Position numbers and translations under genes: made by a program. Below the pieces are notes generated by a model. The model was not told the DNA's origin, ran no database searches, and was given only the letters and a program-made list of their open reading frames with translations. From Nitrospirota bacterium (GTDB lineage: Bacteria; Nitrospirota; JACRHJ01): a stretch of 64,000 bases of DNA. Positions 34,752-45,071 of this stretch are shown here, in pieces. The stretch's first letter is position 1, and the number at the start of each line of letters is the position of its first letter. The stretch is taken from assembly GCA_963733375.1 (NCBI GenBank), contig CAVTDB010000003.1, forward strand, positions 32,001 to 96,000, in the 5' to 3' direction.

Positions 34752-36353
34752 ATGGCACATAAGCATCAGCTTCGCATACTCCATCTGGAAGACAACCCGC
34801 TCGATGCCGAGCTGGTTGCCGCCGCGTTTGATACCGCCGGCCTGAAATGCGGGATAACCCGTGTCGAGACGGAGCAGGCATTCACCTCCGCCCTGGAATC
34901 AGGCGGCATGGATTTAATCCTGGCCGATTACTCCCTGCCTTCTTTCGACGGCGTTTCCGCCCTGAAACTCGCGCATGAAAAATGCCCGGACATACCTTAT
35001 ATCTTCGTTTCCGGCCAGATGGGCGAGGACATCGCCGTGGAGTCGCTTAAGCTGGGGGCGACGGATTATATCCTTAAGAACAACCTGAGCAGGCTAATGC
35101 CATCGGTGCGCCGCGCCCTAAATGAGGCGCTGGACAGGCGCGAGCGAAAGAAGGCGGAGGAAAAGACTGCCGCGGCGGAGAAGGCGCTCTGGGAATCGGA
35201 AGCGAGGATGCAGAAGCTGGAAAGCCTCAGAGCCCTTGCCGGGGGCATAGCCCACGACCTGAATAACCTGATGGTGGCCGTGGATGCGAACGCGGGGCTG
35301 GCGCTTAAGGCGTTAGCTCCCGACTCTCCCGCGCGCGAGCTGATAGAGGGCATCGAGAAGGCGGTCGCCAAGGTATCCACTTTCTCGAAGCAGATAATGA
35401 GCTTTACGGGAAAGTTCGAGGCGATGAAGGAGCCGGTCAGCTTGAACGAGGCTGTGGAGGACACGTCTCATTTCCTGCTCGCGTCCATTTCGAAGGACGC
35501 CGCACTTGAATTCCGCCTCTCGGACGGCCTTCCGGTCATCATGGCCGACCCGCAGAACATCCAGCAGGTGGTTATGAACCTGATTTTAAACGCCTCCGAC
35601 GCCCTTGAGAAAAGAAAAGGGAAGATCGAGGTCTGCACCGGGAAGCTCTTTGCTGAGCGTCCATACCTGGACTCGATGCACTTGGGGAAGGACCTGGCTG
35701 AGGGAGAGTATTTGTTCATAGAAGTCTCCGACAGCGGCTGCGGCATGGACGAAGAGACAAAGGGGCGGGTATTCGACCCGTTTTATACCACGAAGTTCAC
35801 GGGCCGCGGGCTTGGGCTCTCCGCCGTTTTCGGGATAGTAAAAGGGCATGGCGGGGCGATTGGCCTGACGAGCGCGAAGGGGCGCGGCACGAGTTTCAAG
35901 GTACTCCTTCCGATACCGGAAGAGCCTTTGCAGGCCGGAGTCGAAAAGCAGGAATCAAAGGACGTCTGGTCCGGGGGCGGGACTATACTTGTAGTGGACG
36001 ACGACGAAAGCGTCCGCATGCTTACCAAAAAAGTCCTGGAGACCGCAGGCTATAAAGTACTCACCGCCCCCGACGGACAGCAGGGGATTGAAATTTTCAG
36101 GCAGAGCGGCGAATCGATATCTTTAGTCCTGATAGACCTGATAATGCCGCAGATGCGGGGCGACGAAGCGGCAAAGGAGATGCGGAAATTAAAAGACGGT
36201 ATAAAAATTTTATTCCTCAGCGGGTATAGCGACCTCCAACTGGCGGACATGGCCGATGGGCCCGGTAAGGCGGCGATTATGATGAAGCCATACAAGGTGA
36301 CAAAGCTGCTTCAAAAAGTTCAGGAGGTCCTGGAGCAGAATGTCCGTCAATAG
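34752..36353 (+). CDS. REC-HisKA-HATPase-REC hybrid kinase
   Basis: ILHLED...ADYSLP, GIAHDLNN, YTTKFTGRGLGLS and ILVVDDD...IDLIMP. Confidence 0.92.
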   Translation: MAHKHQLRILHLEDNPLDAELVAAAFDTAGLKCGITRVETEQAFTSALESGGMDLILADYSLPSFDGVSALKLAHEKCPDIPYIFVSGQMGEDIAVESLKLGATDYILKNNLSRLMPSVRRALNEALDRRERKKAEEKTAAAEKALWESEARMQKLESLRALAGGIAHDLNNLMVAVDANAGLALKALAPDSPARELIEGIEKAVAKVSTFSKQIMSFTGKFEAMKEPVSLNEAVEDTSHFLLASISKDAALEFRLSDGLPVIMADPQNIQQVVMNLILNASDALEKRKGKIEVCTGKLFAERPYLDSMHLGKDLAEGEYLFIEVSDSGCGMDEETKGRVFDPFYTTKFTGRGLGLSAVFGIVKGHGGAIGLTSAKGRGTSFKVLLPIPEEPLQAGVEKQESKDVWSGGGTILVVDDDESVRMLTKKVLETAGYKVLTAPDGQQGIEIFRQSGESISLVLIDLIMPQMRGDEAAKEMRKLKDGIKILFLSGYSDLQLADMADGPGKAAIMMKPYKVTKLLQKVQEVLEQNVRQ

Positions 36354-36441
36354 GATTTTTTAGCCGACGGCATTAATCCCCGTAACGTCGAAACCATGCA
36401 CCAGCCCCCGTTCTCCTTGAACTTTTCTCATCCCGCGGGGT

Positions 36442-39400
36442 TCACTGCTTCTTTTTAAACAGGCTTTCATCCATCTTGACCCTCAGCCTGAAGTACGGCC
36501 CCTGCCCCCAATAGCTGTCCTGTTTCAGGTCCGCGTCGAACCGGTCGAAGGAGTATCCCAACGAGAACCAGAGGTTTTTTATCACCCTGTAGCCCACCTC
36601 GGCGGAACCGCCGTGCAGGAGCGAGCCGGCTTCCGCATTGTTCATCAGCCTGTACTCAAGCCCGACATCCACGCGGTCCGTCAGGTCGTAGAGCATACCC
36701 ACCCCCGCGAGTTGCGTATACGAGCTGATGCCGCCGTCGCCCGTCAGCTTGCCGGCATATTTACCGGTGAGCTGCAGTCTCCTGGAAGCCTGCATGCACC
36801 ACTCCGTCGATGTGATTAACGACAACGTCCTCAGGCTGTCGGTAAGTGAAGAGTTATCGTCGTACTTGTATTCCAGTTTTAAAAAGCCGTCCAGCCTGTC
36901 GTCATCGACCGGCCTGTAGGCTCCGCTCACGGAAGTGCGGTTAGTGGTACGTTTGCCGCCGGTGCCGATATCTTCCCTGCTGAAACGCTCCTGGAACAGA
37001 AGGGTCATCGATTGGGCCAGCCTGTACGCCGTGCCTTGTTCTATCAGGTAACTGTCGTTACCCGTGGCGGCAAGCTCGTGCCTGTACTCGACCCTTCCGG
37101 TCGCCTTCAGGTCTTCCCTGATCAGGTACTCGAGCCCGGCTGTGGCGGCTACGGCGTCCGCCTGGGACTGTATCTGGGGCCCGCTTAAGGTCCTTAAGTA
37201 TTCTACCGACGTACTCCCGTTCAGCTTATCGGTAAGCTTGAAGGTATTCTTCAGGCCTATGACCTGCTGGTTCCTGCTGCCGTCCGCCCCGTCGTCCAGG
37301 CGGTACTCGCTGTATCCGCTGACGCCCTTCATCAACTGCGTCTCCGCGCCGACGACGGTCCTGGCCTGGCCCTGTATTTCGGTCTTCAGGTATTCCTCGC
37401 GCACGTATAACTTGCTTATATCGCTCAGTTGATATTTCAGCCCGGCCGACGTTGTCAAAGTCCTTGCCGCTCACGATGTCCTGCTTGTGGGTGACGTCCA
37501 GGTCCAGCTTCGGGAAAAGCTGGGCACTCAATGTGATCCCAAGACCGGCGAACTTTTGCCAGACGTACGGACTGCTGTCGAACGGCAGGCGGCTGTTCGG
37601 GTCCGTGGGCGGGATGAACTTTGTATTGGAGGTCTCGCGCTCAAGCTCTAATGTGAGCTTGAACTTATTGAACTTCATCTCGGCCCCCAGGGAGACCAGG
37701 TTGTTGCTTGTCGCGTTAAGTTTGTCGTCGTCGCTGAAGGCCTTCATCCGGAAGACCACGCGCTCCCACGGCTCGTAACTCGCCTCCCCGCCGTACTTGG
37801 TCGCGCCACGGAAGACGTCGGTCGCGGAGGGGTTGTTGAAGCCGTCGTCGGCCTTGTGGTAGTAACCGGATATTTTAAAATCCTTAAAGGGAGTGGACAG
37901 GAGGTCCACCGCATAGGCCGAGCCCTGCCGCCTGGACAAGATGCCGTCTGTCGCCGCCATCATCGAATCCGTGCTGGCAAATTCCGCCTTCAGGTCTGTC
38001 TTGTACGGAAGCTTCAACTGCAAGTCCGCGCCTTCCAGGCGGTAATCCCCGCCGTCCTGTTCCTCCACGGCGCCGGTGACTCCGGCCTTGACCCAGGGAA
38101 GCGGACTCAATGTCGCGCGGCCTCCGTAGATATAGTGCTTCGCCCCGTCCTGTATGCTCTCGTATACCGCGATTATGTACACCGGGTTCAGGTCGGCGTC
38201 GTGGCTCGGGACCGGCGCCTTGAAGAGTATCGTGCCCATCTCGATGTCGAGATAATAATCGCTCCCGCGTGCAAGGGTCTGCCGGTCGAGTACGATATCC
38301 GGGCGCAGGCGGTCGCGCGTTTCTATGCTGATCTGCTCGGAGCCCTCGACTATCGGCGACTGGCTCAGGTAGTAGAACCCCGATATGCCGAGGCCCGGCA
38401 AGGCGTCAACGACCTGCGTCTGGTCCGTATAGCTCGCGAAGCCGCGCACCCTGAGCGAAGACATGGGGTTTATGTCGGCTTGAATCCCCGTAAGCGTCCG
38501 CTTATACGCGGCGAGCTTTACGTCGTCGAAACCGGTGTCGTAGTCTCCGTACAGCAGGTACGACCTGTCCTTCTCAAGCTTGACATATAACTTGTCGGCT
38601 GATTTTGCCTCGTACCCCAGCTTGCTCTCGTCGCCGTATATCTGGTATTTGTTGTCCGCCTGATAGTCCGTCGCCGCCGCGTTCTGCAGGTCCGGAGTTT
38701 TCTTCTTGCCCGAGTCGTACGCCGCCGTGACATATAGGTTGTCGAACAGGTTCCCCTTGAGGAAGAACGCGCCGCGCTCCTGCGAGAACGCGCCCTTGTC
38801 GAACCAGCCGTCCATGCTGAGCGGGCTGAACGCGCCTCCCGCGGAGCCGTAGCCCACCTTGATCTCGCCGACGCCCGCAATCATTACAGGACGCTTCGGC
38901 GGGGAGAAGAACACCTTGAACGTCTCGGTTATATCCTCGACGGAGACGCTGACCGTGGCCTCGCCACTCCCGCGGGGCGACAGGATGTCGAACTCGGCGC
39001 CCTTCTCGAAATACGGTATCTGCACGCCCCCCTGGGCCTGGTCCATGTCCTTCTGGACGACTTCTCCCCTGGTCGTCACGATGGTGATGAACGTGGACGG
39101 CCGCGCCGGTTGCCCCTTGGCGTCCCAGGCGGTGACGGTTACGTGGAGCTTCGACACTCCGTCGGCCGGGACGTCGCTCTCGTCCGGCTTGACCAGCAGT
39201 TTGGCCGGCTTGACGGGAGCCTCGACCGTTACCTCTTTTGTCTCCCGGATGTTCCCGAACGGGTCCTTGGTCTCGGCCTTGATGAGCGTCTTGCCGGTCT
39301 CGCCGACCTTGACCCCTATGTACTCGTATACCGTTACGTTATTTGCTTTGTCTACTATCGTCTCGCCGACCCTGTTATGGCCCACGGGCTCTCCGTTAAC

Positions 39401-41606
39401 AAAAAGGAGCGCTTCGCGGTCCGACGCCGCCTTCACGACCACCTTTACGGCGCCCTTCGTTATAACTTCGCCTTCTTTTGGAGACAGTATCTCAAGGGCG
39501 GTGGTGAAACCCTTTATCTGTTCAGCCATGCTTTCGTCCGCTTCGGGCTTGTCCGCCGCGGGGGCGGACCCGGCATTGTCATTTGTCCCGGCCCGTACCG
39601 CGTCCGCCGGCGCCGTAACTGCGAAATCCGCCCTGACCAGCCCGCTCGACTTCATGTCGATGAACTGCGAGCCGCCGTCGCCCATGGACCGGTTTGATGT
39701 CGGCACGAGCGCCGCGCCGCCGGGCAGGGACAACGTGTCTACCTTCAGGACGTGGGTGCCGGGGTCAACGTAGGGTATCGAGTACTTGCCGTCCTTGTCG
39801 GTTATCACCCTGGCTGCCATTCTCCAAGTAAAGGACCGCGCCGCCCAGGCCTTTCTCGCCCGCCTGCCGGAAACCGTCGCCGTTGCCGTCCAGGAACACC
39901 CTGCCTATTATCGTGCCTTTAGACGTGAATACGCCCTCGCTGATGGTCAGCTTGAACGATGCCCTCATGGATACGGAGGCGCCGGCGACGGCATAGGCGA
40001 CGTTAACGCCGTCGCCCTTCATGCTGTCCGGGCCGACGATGGCGCTGTAACGGAGCTCTACGGTTTTCCCCGCGGCCAGGTCGCCGATATGCCAGACGAG
40101 CGACTGGCCGTCCTGGCCCGGGTCCGCCGCCTTGACGCCGCCTATCAGTGTGGAGCCTTTGACATAGGGGACGTCATGCGGCATGCCGTCTCTGACCTGC
40201 ACGTCGTTTAGCGCGGTCTTGGCCGTTGTTAGTCACAGTGACCGTATAATGCACCACGTCGCCTATCGAGACAATGTTCTTGTCCGCCGTCTTGGTAATC
40301 CCCAGCGCTGTCCTGGGCGGGTCCACCGGTATGTCGAAGGTCACCGGGCTCATTCCGGCCGCCAGGGTAAAACTCTGGCCACGAGACCCGGCGCCAACCG
40401 TGTAGCCCGGCGGCAGCTTCGGCGTTGGCACTTTGGACGGGAATATGTAACTGCCGCCGGGCTCGACCTTGAGGCGGTAAGTCCCGGCATCCAGGTACTG
40501 GAACTGGAACTTCCCGTCTGCGCCTGTCGTGATCGGGTTTGACTGCGCCACAAGAAACGGCGTCAGGGGCAAGGCGGCCGGCAGGCCGGTACTTATCGTC
40601 TATGAGCGTCACGACCGCGCCCGCGACGGGCAGCCCGGTAGCCGTGTCGAAGACCGTGCCCAGAGGGTCCACGAACACATTGTCGTCATGTGAGGGGACG
40701 GCGTCGAGCGGGTCCGTGTATATAACCTCTATCGGCGTGTACGGCTGTATCGAGAGTATCCCGTCCCCTGTCAACGGGGGCCCGGAATTGGTCGGGAGGT
40801 TGCCTACGAACACGCCCGTGTTCGGGCCCGTTTCCTGGCACGTTACGGCCTCCTGGTCGTCAACGCTCCTGGAGCCGCCGGGCAGGACTGCGTAGTGGTA
40901 CACGGTGACGGTTATGGTGTCGATGGCCGCCGGGTCGATGTTTCGATCAGGGTCCGTCACTTTTATATATGAGATGTCGCCCAGGTTATAGCTGTAGACC
41001 CTGTTGTATGAGGAATCAGTAAAAATCACGACTCCCGGCGTCCGGGCCTTGACCGTCGTAGTCGCCGTCCGCGGTGCTGGCCGCGCCCTCGCTGCATGAG
41101 GCGTGCACGGTATCCGGTATGACAGTGTTGTTCGCCGCATGCTTGTCCACCGCCACCGTTAAATGCACGGTCGAGGAAGAGCCGGGAGCGAGGGCGCCAA
41201 CCGTCCACGCCACGGATCCGGAGGCGTATGCTCCACCAGAGTCCGCGCTGACAAAAGTCGTGCCCGACGGGAGCGTGTTCTTCAGAGTCACGGCGGAGAG
41301 CGGGTCACTGCCCGGGTTGCTGGCGTTGATGGTGTATTCTATGTTATCGCCGGCCCATACCACGTCCGCCGCCGATATTACTACATTTATGACGGGGGCG
41401 GTTACCGTCAGGCTGGCACTCGCGCCCTCCTGAGGCATGGCGACGTTCTTTTGCGTCTGGTAATCGCAGGTCGCGTTATTGACCACTTGAGCGGCTCGGG
41501 CCGGGGATGCGGCAAATGCCCACATGGAGGCGCAGGCGAATAACAGGAGGACGAAAATGCCCGCCTGCCGCCTTAAACTCTCCTGATATGCAGTTATTGC
41601 CGCCAT
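36442..41606 (-). CDS. Large outer-membrane protein: DUF11 and SdrD-B-like Ig domains plus C-terminal beta-barrel (about 6 frameshifted pieces)
   Basis: Signal peptide ending PARA; DUF11 motifs; GTIIGRVFLDGNGDG; GAFFLKG, AAYDS and LYVKLEK; long alternating beta-strand C-terminus ending GPYFRLRVKMDE. Confidence 0.75.
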
Positions 41607-41654
41607 TCTTCCTTTACCGCTGGTCCATTAGCCGTTCCCGCGGCAGTCAGCGAA

Positions 41655-42917
41655 TCAGTTGACTGTCGCGTCGAACGTCACTGCGGCAGTGGCGCCCGCG
41701 GCGATCGAGTTGATATTGACCTGTATAAGACTTCCGGCGGGGTTGGGCTGCGTGAGTCCGTTCAGCTTTAATGTCCCCGCCTTGTATGTGACAGGCAGTG
41801 CGTTTAAATCATCTTTTATGACGACGTTCCCCGCCGCGTCATTACCCGCATTCCGCGCGGTGATGGTATATGTAACGGTATCTCCGGGTTTGGCCGAGGC
41901 CGGGCTTACGGCCTTGGTAGTGCTTATCGCCGGCGAGAGGACGGTAATACTTACCGGCGCCGAATCAACCGGCGAAGCGCCGTCCGCGGCGGCTTCCGCC
42001 ACGTTGCTGGCGCCCGCTCCGCTCAGGCTGACCGCCTGGGCGTGGTTCGATGGCCTGTTGATATTGACGCTGAACACCAAAGTCGCGGTCGCGTTCGGGC
42101 CGAGAGTCCCGACGGGCGCCGTGATGACGTTACCGGACAGCAGGCTGTCGTTCTGCGCCACTGTGTTCAGCTTGATTGAGCCGCTTACGAACGTCGATAT
42201 CCCGAGGACGCTTCCTATGTTGTCGGTGACGGTGACGTTCGTCACGTCGGATGTCCCGGCGTTTCTTACCGTAATCGTGTAAGTAACGGCATCGCCGGGC
42301 GTGGGGTTGTTATTGCTTACCGACTTCGTTATCGTCAGTACCGACCCGCCGACTGTCGTCTGAGACTCCGGGGATACGCCAAGGACGGAAGTATTGCTGG
42401 TGGATGTGGCCCTGGCGTCGTCGTTTGAGCGCGTGTTTGCCGCCGCGCTCCCGGGTATGGGCAGCTTCATATACACCAGCATGGACCCGCCCGCGGCGAT
42501 AGGCCCGATCGGCGCGGTAATCAAAGACGACGCGCCCGGGTCGGAAAAGAACTGGACGGCGCCGGGGTTGAACGTGGATGCGCCCGCGTCGTGATCAGAT
42601 GACAGGGTGAACGAATCGGCGGCGTTGCCGGTGTTGGTTACCGTTACCGTATAAACCACGGATGCCCCGGCTGACCCGGAAAGCGTGGCCGGAGCAATCA
42701 GGACGCTCGCGCCCTGCTTTTGCAGTATGGTGACGTCTACCGACGCCGACACCAGCGGCATCGGGTTGCCGCCGCTGTCCCCGTAACTGACGTTGGCGGT
42801 GTTAACCAATGGCCCTGGCGGGGCGACCGCGGCCATCGCCGGGCAATAGCCCAGAAGCGTGGCCGTGAAGGCGGCCGCCAGTACCGTTAAAAGTTTCCTG
42901 ACTATTCTATTGCCCAT
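41655..42917 (-). CDS. Secreted DUF11 protein (putative minor or adaptor fibre subunit)
   Basis: Signal peptide, N-terminal LVNTANVSY, TITKSVS..GDAVTYTITVRN and TTKAVS..GDTVTYTITARN. Confidence 0.85.
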   Translation of the reverse strand: MGNRIVRKLLTVLAAAFTATLLGYCPAMAAVAPPGPLVNTANVSYGDSGGNPMPLVSASVDVTILQKQGASVLIAPATLSGSAGASVVYTVTVTNTGNAADSFTLSSDHDAGASTFNPGAVQFFSDPGASSLITAPIGPIAAGGSMLVYMKLPIPGSAAANTRSNDDARATSTSNTSVLGVSPESQTTVGGSVLTITKSVSNNNPTPGDAVTYTITVRNAGTSDVTNVTVTDNIGSVLGISTFVSGSIKLNTVAQNDSLLSGNVITAPVGTLGPNATATLVFSVNINRPSNHAQAVSLSGAGASNVAEAAADGASPVDSAPVSITVLSPAISTTKAVSPASAKPGDTVTYTITARNAGNDAAGNVVIKDDLNALPVTYKAGTLKLNGLTQPNPAGSLIQVNINSIAAGATAAVTFDATVN

Positions 42918-42997
42918 AAAAGCTCGGATTTGCCTCGTGCTCGGAATAGATAAGCCGGCCGGCGGCCCTTGGGCCGCCGACCGGCTTCCGACTCGAC

Positions 42998-44320
42998 TTA
43001 GTTCGCGTTTACCGTTACTCTGTAGAAGAACTCCGCTTTGCCGGTCAAGGCAGGAAGTGTGCCTCCGGTCACATTTCCGGATACGACGCCGGCAGCAAAA
43101 GTAGGCGCGCAGTTAAGCGGGTTTATAAATGGTACGCTATCCGCTCCCGCGCCATCAGACGCTTGCAATATTTTGCCGAACGTCACGAAGCCCGACAGCG
43201 TATCGGCGATAACCACTGCGTTTGCGACGTCGTGCCCGTTGTTGGTCACCGTAACGTGGTAGTTGATCGTGCCGTTGGGGAGGGCGGAGGACACGTCGGC
43301 GGTTTTCGTCACTGCCAGCAAAGGCGCGTCGACTGTCACCACAACTGCGGGCGTGTCAAACTGCGGCTCCGGAGTCGTATCGGTGCCGGACTTGTAATTG
43401 ATGGACGCGACGTTAGATAATGTCGTACCGTCCACTATTCCCGGGGTCGTGTTTTTGATCTTGCCGGTTATGGTGATGTCGGTCTCGCCATTAGTCGAGC
43501 CGGCCTTGGCAGCCACCGTTTGAGCGCTGGACGTGAATACGTTGCCGGAAAACGTCCCATAGGTGCTGGCGAGCGTGTCGATGTCGGCGGGAATCGTGTC
43601 CGTTACGACCACGCCGGTAGCGCCTACCGTGCCCGAGTTGATGAGCTTTATGGTGTAGGTGATGGCCTGGTTAGCCTTGTAGTGCAGTCCGGCCTGGTCC
43701 ACCCCCTTGGTAGAGCCGGTGAGGTTGGCCGAGTCGGTGGTCGTGGTCAGCGTGGTGGTATCGAAGACCGGGGCGACCGTTCCGCCCGTCGCGTCCTTCG
43801 TGTTGGTGGTGGACGTGGCTTTAATGGCTTCCGTGTTGCTCGTCGGGGCTACGGCGTCCGGGATAACGATATGCACCCAAATCTTCTGACTCCCGCCCGC
43901 CGCGATCACGTCCGTGGTGGAGCCTGCAAGGACTGTGGACGTTTCGGTGCCGCTTCCGTTGTCACGGTAGAACGTAAACGTAGTCGGGGTCCATGCGCCA
44001 CCCGAGGTATTGGACATAGTGAAGCTGTCCGACGCGTTACCGACGTTATTGACAGTTACCGCGTAGTCCACCGTGCCCAGGTTGTTGCTGAGTATCGTGG
44101 ACGGGGACGGGGTGAGGGTCACGCCGTAGAGATAGGTCACGGACACGGTAACCGAGGCGGTCACCGGAGTCATGGCGTTGGCATTTACGTCATTGTAAGT
44201 CGCTGAAACTGTATTCGTGATATTACGGCTGAAGGTCGCGGTTGCCGCGAAGGCGTTGCCTATGGCGAATAACGCCATTATGCAGGCGATGGACAGAGTG
44301 ATCGAAATCTTCTTAAACAT
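42998..44320 (-). CDS. Secreted DUF11 protein (putative major fibre subunit)
   Basis: Signal peptide ending AFA, ITNTVSATY, STKGVD..YTIKLIN..DTIP and VTKTAD..YHVTVTN..DTL; AAGGAG RBS. Confidence 0.85.
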   Translation of the reverse strand: MFKKISITLSIACIMALFAIGNAFAATATFSRNITNTVSATYNDVNANAMTPVTASVTVSVTYLYGVTLTPSPSTILSNNLGTVDYAVTVNNVGNASDSFTMSNTSGGAWTPTTFTFYRDNGSGTETSTVLAGSTTDVIAAGGSQKIWVHIVIPDAVAPTSNTEAIKATSTTNTKDATGGTVAPVFDTTTLTTTTDSANLTGSTKGVDQAGLHYKANQAITYTIKLINSGTVGATGVVVTDTIPADIDTLASTYGTFSGNVFTSSAQTVAAKAGSTNGETDITITGKIKNTTPGIVDGTTLSNVASINYKSGTDTTPEPQFDTPAVVVTVDAPLLAVTKTADVSSALPNGTINYHVTVTNNGHDVANAVVIADTLSGFVTFGKILQASDGAGADSVPFINPLNCAPTFAAGVVSGNVTGGTLPALTGKAEFFYRVTVNAN

Positions 44321-44404
44321 GATTTTCTCCTTTTTTCTGTTGAACTTCGGTTAACTCGTTTTAAACCAAAAAACTAACCCAATCCTGATGTGTCACCTCC
44401 TTTA

Positions 44405-44924
44405 CTACTTAACCTTTACTTTGAAATTTACATGCCCGGACTCGCCGGGCTGGACATCCTTCTTTACGGTCCACTGAACCTGCGTGTACGCCTCGGCCGG
44501 GGCGGCCTTTTCCACAACCTTGCCGGACTTATCCTTCTGCTTGACCATCACCGGCGGCTTTTGGTACGTCTTGCCGCCGTCAACGCTGAATGCTATCTCG
44601 GTATTGCCGCCTTCAGCGCTCCCAGGCACGTATGCCGTGTTCTCCGGGACAGGGTCGATTATCTTCGCGTCCCTGGCAACGCTTTGACCCTCGTTTTTAT
44701 ACGTTATGGAATACACTACGGTGTCGCCCGCAACGACCTTCCCGGCGGGCACCAACGTTACGACCTCCTTGCCGTTCTTGCTTGTCTTCACCTCCTTTGC
44801 CATAGAAATAGTGAGTTTCAACTTTGGCCCCTGAGCGGCCGCCCAGGCGGATATGCCCGTTAACATGAATACCGCGGCGACTGACCAATATCGCCGCCTT
44901 TACCGTTCTGCCTGAAATACTCAT
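44405..44924 (-). CDS. Small single-domain periplasmic DUF11-like protein (putative chaperone; frameshift in signal peptide)
   Basis: AWA cleavage motif, GDTVVYSITYKNEG, IIDPVPENTAYVPGSA, FSVDGGKTY and YTQVQW. Confidence 0.8.
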
Positions 44925-45071
44925 TTCATCCCCTCCATTGTTATGATTGTCATCACTAAAGCCCGCCTATGCCCGTTTTCTGCTTTCGGGCCTCCCCGGC
45001 ATGCGTCACGCGGTTTGTGCAGTACCGTCTTTTCAGGTTTGACTATAAATATCATTTGTCGCCTCCCTCCG

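Noticed and set aside
44930-45065. c-di-GMP-I riboswitch inside the DUF11 operon (minus strand GTCAAACCTGAAAAG...GCACAAACC)
   Set aside because: Only partial motif resemblance and the stems do not pair convincingly; an Infernal scan with RF01051 would settle it.
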